Below are positions 59,831 to 64,000 of a stretch of DNA of 64,000 nucleotides, one piece after another. The stretch is from Macrostomum lignano (Eukaryota). Each line of letters begins with the position of its first letter. The stretch's first letter is position 1. Under the pieces are notes generated by a model, which was given only the letters and a program-made list of their open reading frames with translations, was not told the DNA's origin and made no database searches. The DNA lies in the NCBI GenBank assembly GCA_002269645.1, contig NIVC01000882.1, forward strand, positions 62,001-126,000. The letters are read 5' to 3'. The translations under genes and the position numbers were made by a program.

Positions 59831-62334
59831 GTGAAAACCCGTTGTCTTTTGTCAAAATCTCTGGCTCCACAAGGCGACGCTTGATTTCGCTCTTTAACAC
59901 ACTGTGCGCCAGTACTACACGGGATTTAGAAATGGCAAGTAATCGTGCCAAGATGAGCCAGCCAGCCTTCTGTCCGCCACGAGGTAACTGCATTCATGTT
60001 GCCAATTCTCGCTGTATCTGCGTTTTTATTCATTCTTAATTTAGTTACAGTACATGTACAGCGATTTTGTGTAGGATATCAAATGTTTCAAACCCAATCG
60101 CAGTAATGTCACTCCTTTTATGATTTTCGACATGACTTAAAAACAATAAGTTTCCATTTAGCTACTGCCATAGCTACGAGTGTACATGCATATGTGATCA
60201 AACAAAGCAGAGCTGAAACTGTGTACTAAAGTACAGAAGAATTTACGACTACGAGTAAACGGAACTGCTCACAAAAGGTTTAAAAAATTGAAGTTACTTT
60301 CTCTATTCGCTATTGTCTGTTAGTACGAGTCGTACTTACTTACCTGACGCATGACTTTACTTTTATGGGCTGCGTCTTTTAATCTTGTTATTCCGTTTAA
60401 AGTACATGTATGTTTTCTCGGCTTTTAAATGCGAACTACACTTTTCTAGGTCTAAGGCCCAGTAGGAAGTCCAGACTTTGACGAGGGAATAATAGGGAAT
60501 CCAATTCCCCCTAAGAAAATTCCCCGGGGATGGATTCCCTAGAATAATGTTAGAGAAAGTTCTCGGACACGCCTGCGAAGCATGAAGAGCAGCGCTCAGT
60601 GGGGCAGACTTCGTGTAGTGGATGCAAGTTCTTGGCGATGGACAAAACCTGTCAGAATTCCGATTACTGAAGTAGGAAGTCAATCCTGTGTTCCCGAGAT
60701 TAACCTTCGGTATAAGCCTCATTAGAACTCCAGTTTTGTTAAAATAAAGACAAGCACACAGGGTGGCAAAAGTTTATATCAGAACTCGCAAGTAAATAAT
60801 TATAAAACTATTATTCTATTGATGCAAGTTGAAAATTCGGCCGCACTTAATAAAAACTGTTTATTAAATAACTTTTATCAGTTCCATAATTAATTCAGGT
60901 AAGAAGAAAATGATACACGTTTCAAATTAGCAATTTGAAAAGCATTTTATATGCGGGAAATGAAATATAGCGTATTGAAACAATTTTTTAAACAGTAAAT
61001 TTTATTCTTATCTTATCTATAAGCGAGGTTATACTGGTAATTTAAGATAAGAGGAAAATTTATTTCATCAAGCAATTAGCGTCATATTATAAGCTGAATA
61101 TTAATTATTGGCCAGGTTTGGCACTGATTATGCCAATACAAAACAGAACCACGGTGTGTTTATTCACTCGTTTTTTTTAATTACTAAATTTATATACGCA
61201 ATTCGTGTGAACTTTAAATAAACAAATAAACATATATATTGACACAGTCTAGCGCGCAATAGTAGAATAATATGTAGCTAATTATAATGATTAAATTTAA
61301 TATCAAGAGCGGACAAATCTGATCAAACCAGACAACCCAGACAATGTCCGTGCCTTTGGGATGCCCAGCTGTTGTGCTGCAGTGACTTTGGTGAATTTTG
61401 AAACACATAACACTATGTATGTACTAAAATACATAACACATTACAGAACAGACAAGTTCATAAATTCCATAAAATGAGTAGCGCAATGCAAGTTCCGACA
61501 TCGTAGGCTCAAAAGCTAAGGACCTTAATTTATGCTTACAACAATACCGTCGCATTTACTAAATTCCTGCACTGACTACTTTTAGTAGAGACTGATTCCT
61601 GCCGACAATGCTGGTTTTTAAACAGTAATAATAGTAATAATAATAAAGATTTTGGATTCACAGGTAGCGTAGAGTTAAATTGTTAGTGGCAAACTGGGAG
61701 AAAAGGAAGGCTGTGAACTGTCTCTTGTCTCGAGACAGGAGGGAGAGAGAAGACAGCAGAAGGACATCAAAGATAAAATTTCACACCTACAACTAAAATG
61801 TAGCACAAAAACTCGCTTACTACTACTACTACTGGCCAGATTAGAGTATAAGTAAGTAGTTCGGCACAGAGACGCCCTCGCAGATTATAAAAATGGAGTT
61901 AATTAATATTAAAGCAACTGTTGGTGGCAAAACAGCAAGTTTGTAAACAACAGCAACAACCCGAGAGCCTGGATTATATAGAATATAAAAACGCATACGA
62001 GTTAAAAAGAGAAATTGCTAAGCGCGAAAATATATATTTTTTAAAAATAAAGACGGTGGCAAAAGGAAGCGGAAGGCAGCTTTAGGAGTAGCACAATTCA
62101 TATCTATTGATAAGTCTATCCTATTAGCAAACATAAAGGACCAGCGCGCTAAAAGCAAATATATTGCGGCACAGAGCGAGGAGGGGGCGTGAAAACGCCG
62201 CAAAAATTGAGTTTTGAGTCGAACACAACAGGATAACTACAGAATCGGATACAATCCATCTCGATTCGCGCGGTATCCCAACGTTTTTTAAGGGCCACGG
62301 AACGTGATATTGGGGAAATTCGGAATTCTATAAT

Positions 62335-62930
62335 ATTCGGTGTCCTGTGGGATGCGGAATTCTATGGGATTTGGGATTCTGCAGGATTTGGGATTCTATG
62401 GGATTTGGGATCCTGTGGGATTCGAGATTCAATGGGATTTGGGATCCTTTAGGATTTGGAATTCTATGAGATTTGGGATTCTGTAGAATTCGGGATTCTA
62501 TGGGATTTGGGATTCGATGGGATTTGGGATTCTATGTGATTTGGGATCCTTTGGGATACGGGATTCATTGGGATTTGGGATAATGCAGGATTCGAGATTC
62601 AATGGAATTTGGGATCCTTTAGGATTTGGAATTCTATGGGATTTGGGATTCGATGGGATTTGGGATTCTATGTGATTTGGGATCCTTTGGGATACGGGAT
62701 TCATTGGGATTTGGGATCATGCAGGATTCGGGATTCTATGGGATTTGGGATCCTGTGGGATTCGGGATTCGATGGGATTTGGGATCCTGTAGGACTGGGG
62801 ATTCTATGTGATTTGGGATCCTGTGGGATTCGGGATTCATTGGGATTTGGGATCCTGCAGGATTTGGGATTCTATGGGATTTGGGATCCTGTGGGATTTG
62901 GGATTCTATTGAATTATGGATATCGCAGGA
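62335..62930. repeat. GGGATT/GGGATC-based compound minisatellite (about 9-bp subunits)
   Basis: Direct; overlapping ORFs are artefacts. Confidence 0.9.
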
Positions 62931-63589
62931 TTCCAGATGCAACAGGATACTTAAGGATTGTGTTAAAAATTGGGATCTTATAAAATTTCAAATCACTGGA
63001 TCACACGCAGCTCCAGATAGAGTCCAAAATTCAAACGACGACAAGGAAAGGCAAGCTGAATTTTATGAAACTGTTCGCAACCGAAAGCAAGCGACTGTTT
63101 TCTGTTGTACAATACGCGTCCGCAATGTACAGTAAGGGGCGCAGTGAAGGCACAGCCATATATGGAGAGAGCAAGTCTACTGCTACACATACTGTACGCT
63201 ATTAAATATACTTGTGCAATAATATATCAATAGATCAACAGAAACTAAAGACGCAAGTTACGAGCGTAAATAATATTTATGGATACAGTAAATATTCGTA
63301 TTTATATAGGCGAAGTAAGCACAAGCGAGATGAGTAGTATAGTATGAAGTAGTAGTAGTAGCACTAGACCAGTGACGATGAATTGAAACGAAAAAATGAT
63401 TTGCTCGAACACAGAAGTAAGTCAGAACAGAGCTGCTATGACACCCAGCAGCAGTTACAGATGGACTTCGAAATTGACAAAATTATTTACAGAGAAACTG
63501 TACTCATTTATCTACTCGATCAGGTAGCTTACGGCTTTCGCGTAGGTGCACAGGCTTAGGATCGGGATTCAGGAAGTAGACATCGGCAT

Positions 63590-64000
63590 CTCTGAAATTA
63601 AGCGTGGAATTTTGGGACTAAATATCGGGATCTCGGGAATTAAGCGTGGGGATTTTGGGACTAAACATTGAGATCTCGGGGATTAAGCGTGGGGATTTTG
63701 GGACTAAACATCGGTATCTCGGAAATTAAGCGTGGGGATTTTGGGACTAAACATCGGTATCTCGGAAATTAAGCGTGGGGATTTTGGGACTAAACATTGA
63801 GATCTCGGGGATTAAGCGTGGGGATTTTGGGACTAAACATCGGTATCTCGGAAATTAAGCGTGGGGATTTTGGGACTAAACATTGAGATCTCGGGGATTA
63901 AGCGTGGGGATTTCGGGACTAAACATCGGTATCTCAGAAATTAAGCGTGGGGATTTCGGGACTAAACATCGGTATCTCAGAAATTAAGCGTGGGGATTTC
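63590..64000. repeat. 43-bp minisatellite (TTAAGCGTGGGGATTTTGGGACTAAACATCGGTATCTCGGAAA), truncated by window end
   Basis: Direct periodicity (GGAAATT at 63721 and 63764). Confidence 0.93.

Noticed and set aside
60490-60545. Stem-loop AGGGAATCCA...TGGATTCCCT and overlapping 119-aa ORF
   Set aside because: Short isolated hairpin; the ORF has no recognisable features.

Overview
Eukaryotic (animal) genomic DNA. GC-rich exons, GT-AG introns filled with unrelated minisatellites and many decayed transposons suggest a flatworm such as Macrostomum; this is an inference, not shown. I reconstructed six spliced conserved or likely genes with exon phases checked by hand. Minus strand: a core-1 beta-1,3-galactosyltransferase (C1GALT1-like) and a TPR+GoLoco GPSM/LGN/Pins gene. 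Plus strand, in a tight cluster: RPLP0, a 4-TM protein with PPxY motifs, DCTN5 and a SAPS-domain PP6 regulatory subunit. A disrupted intronless secreted LamG-like gene lies antisense inside a GPSM intron. Two paralogous orphan genes encode signal + coiled-coil + RR + amphipathic-tail proteins within a local segmental duplication. The most striking structure is a 4.6-kb foldback-type DNA transposon (25188-29775). Its inverted arms are arrays of a 161-bp unit, it carries a truncated zinc-finger/HTH/DDE (PHIS-type) transposase, and it sits precisely between AAA and TTT with no target duplication (Spy-like). It is nested inside a second satellite-armed foldback element bounded by an 8-bp direct repeat. 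Other mobile DNA: mariner remnants, a BEL/Pao pol remnant, a Crypton-like fragment, a hAT-like MITE, a probable solo LTR and non-LTR remnants. No rRNA, tRNA or CRISPR array is supported.
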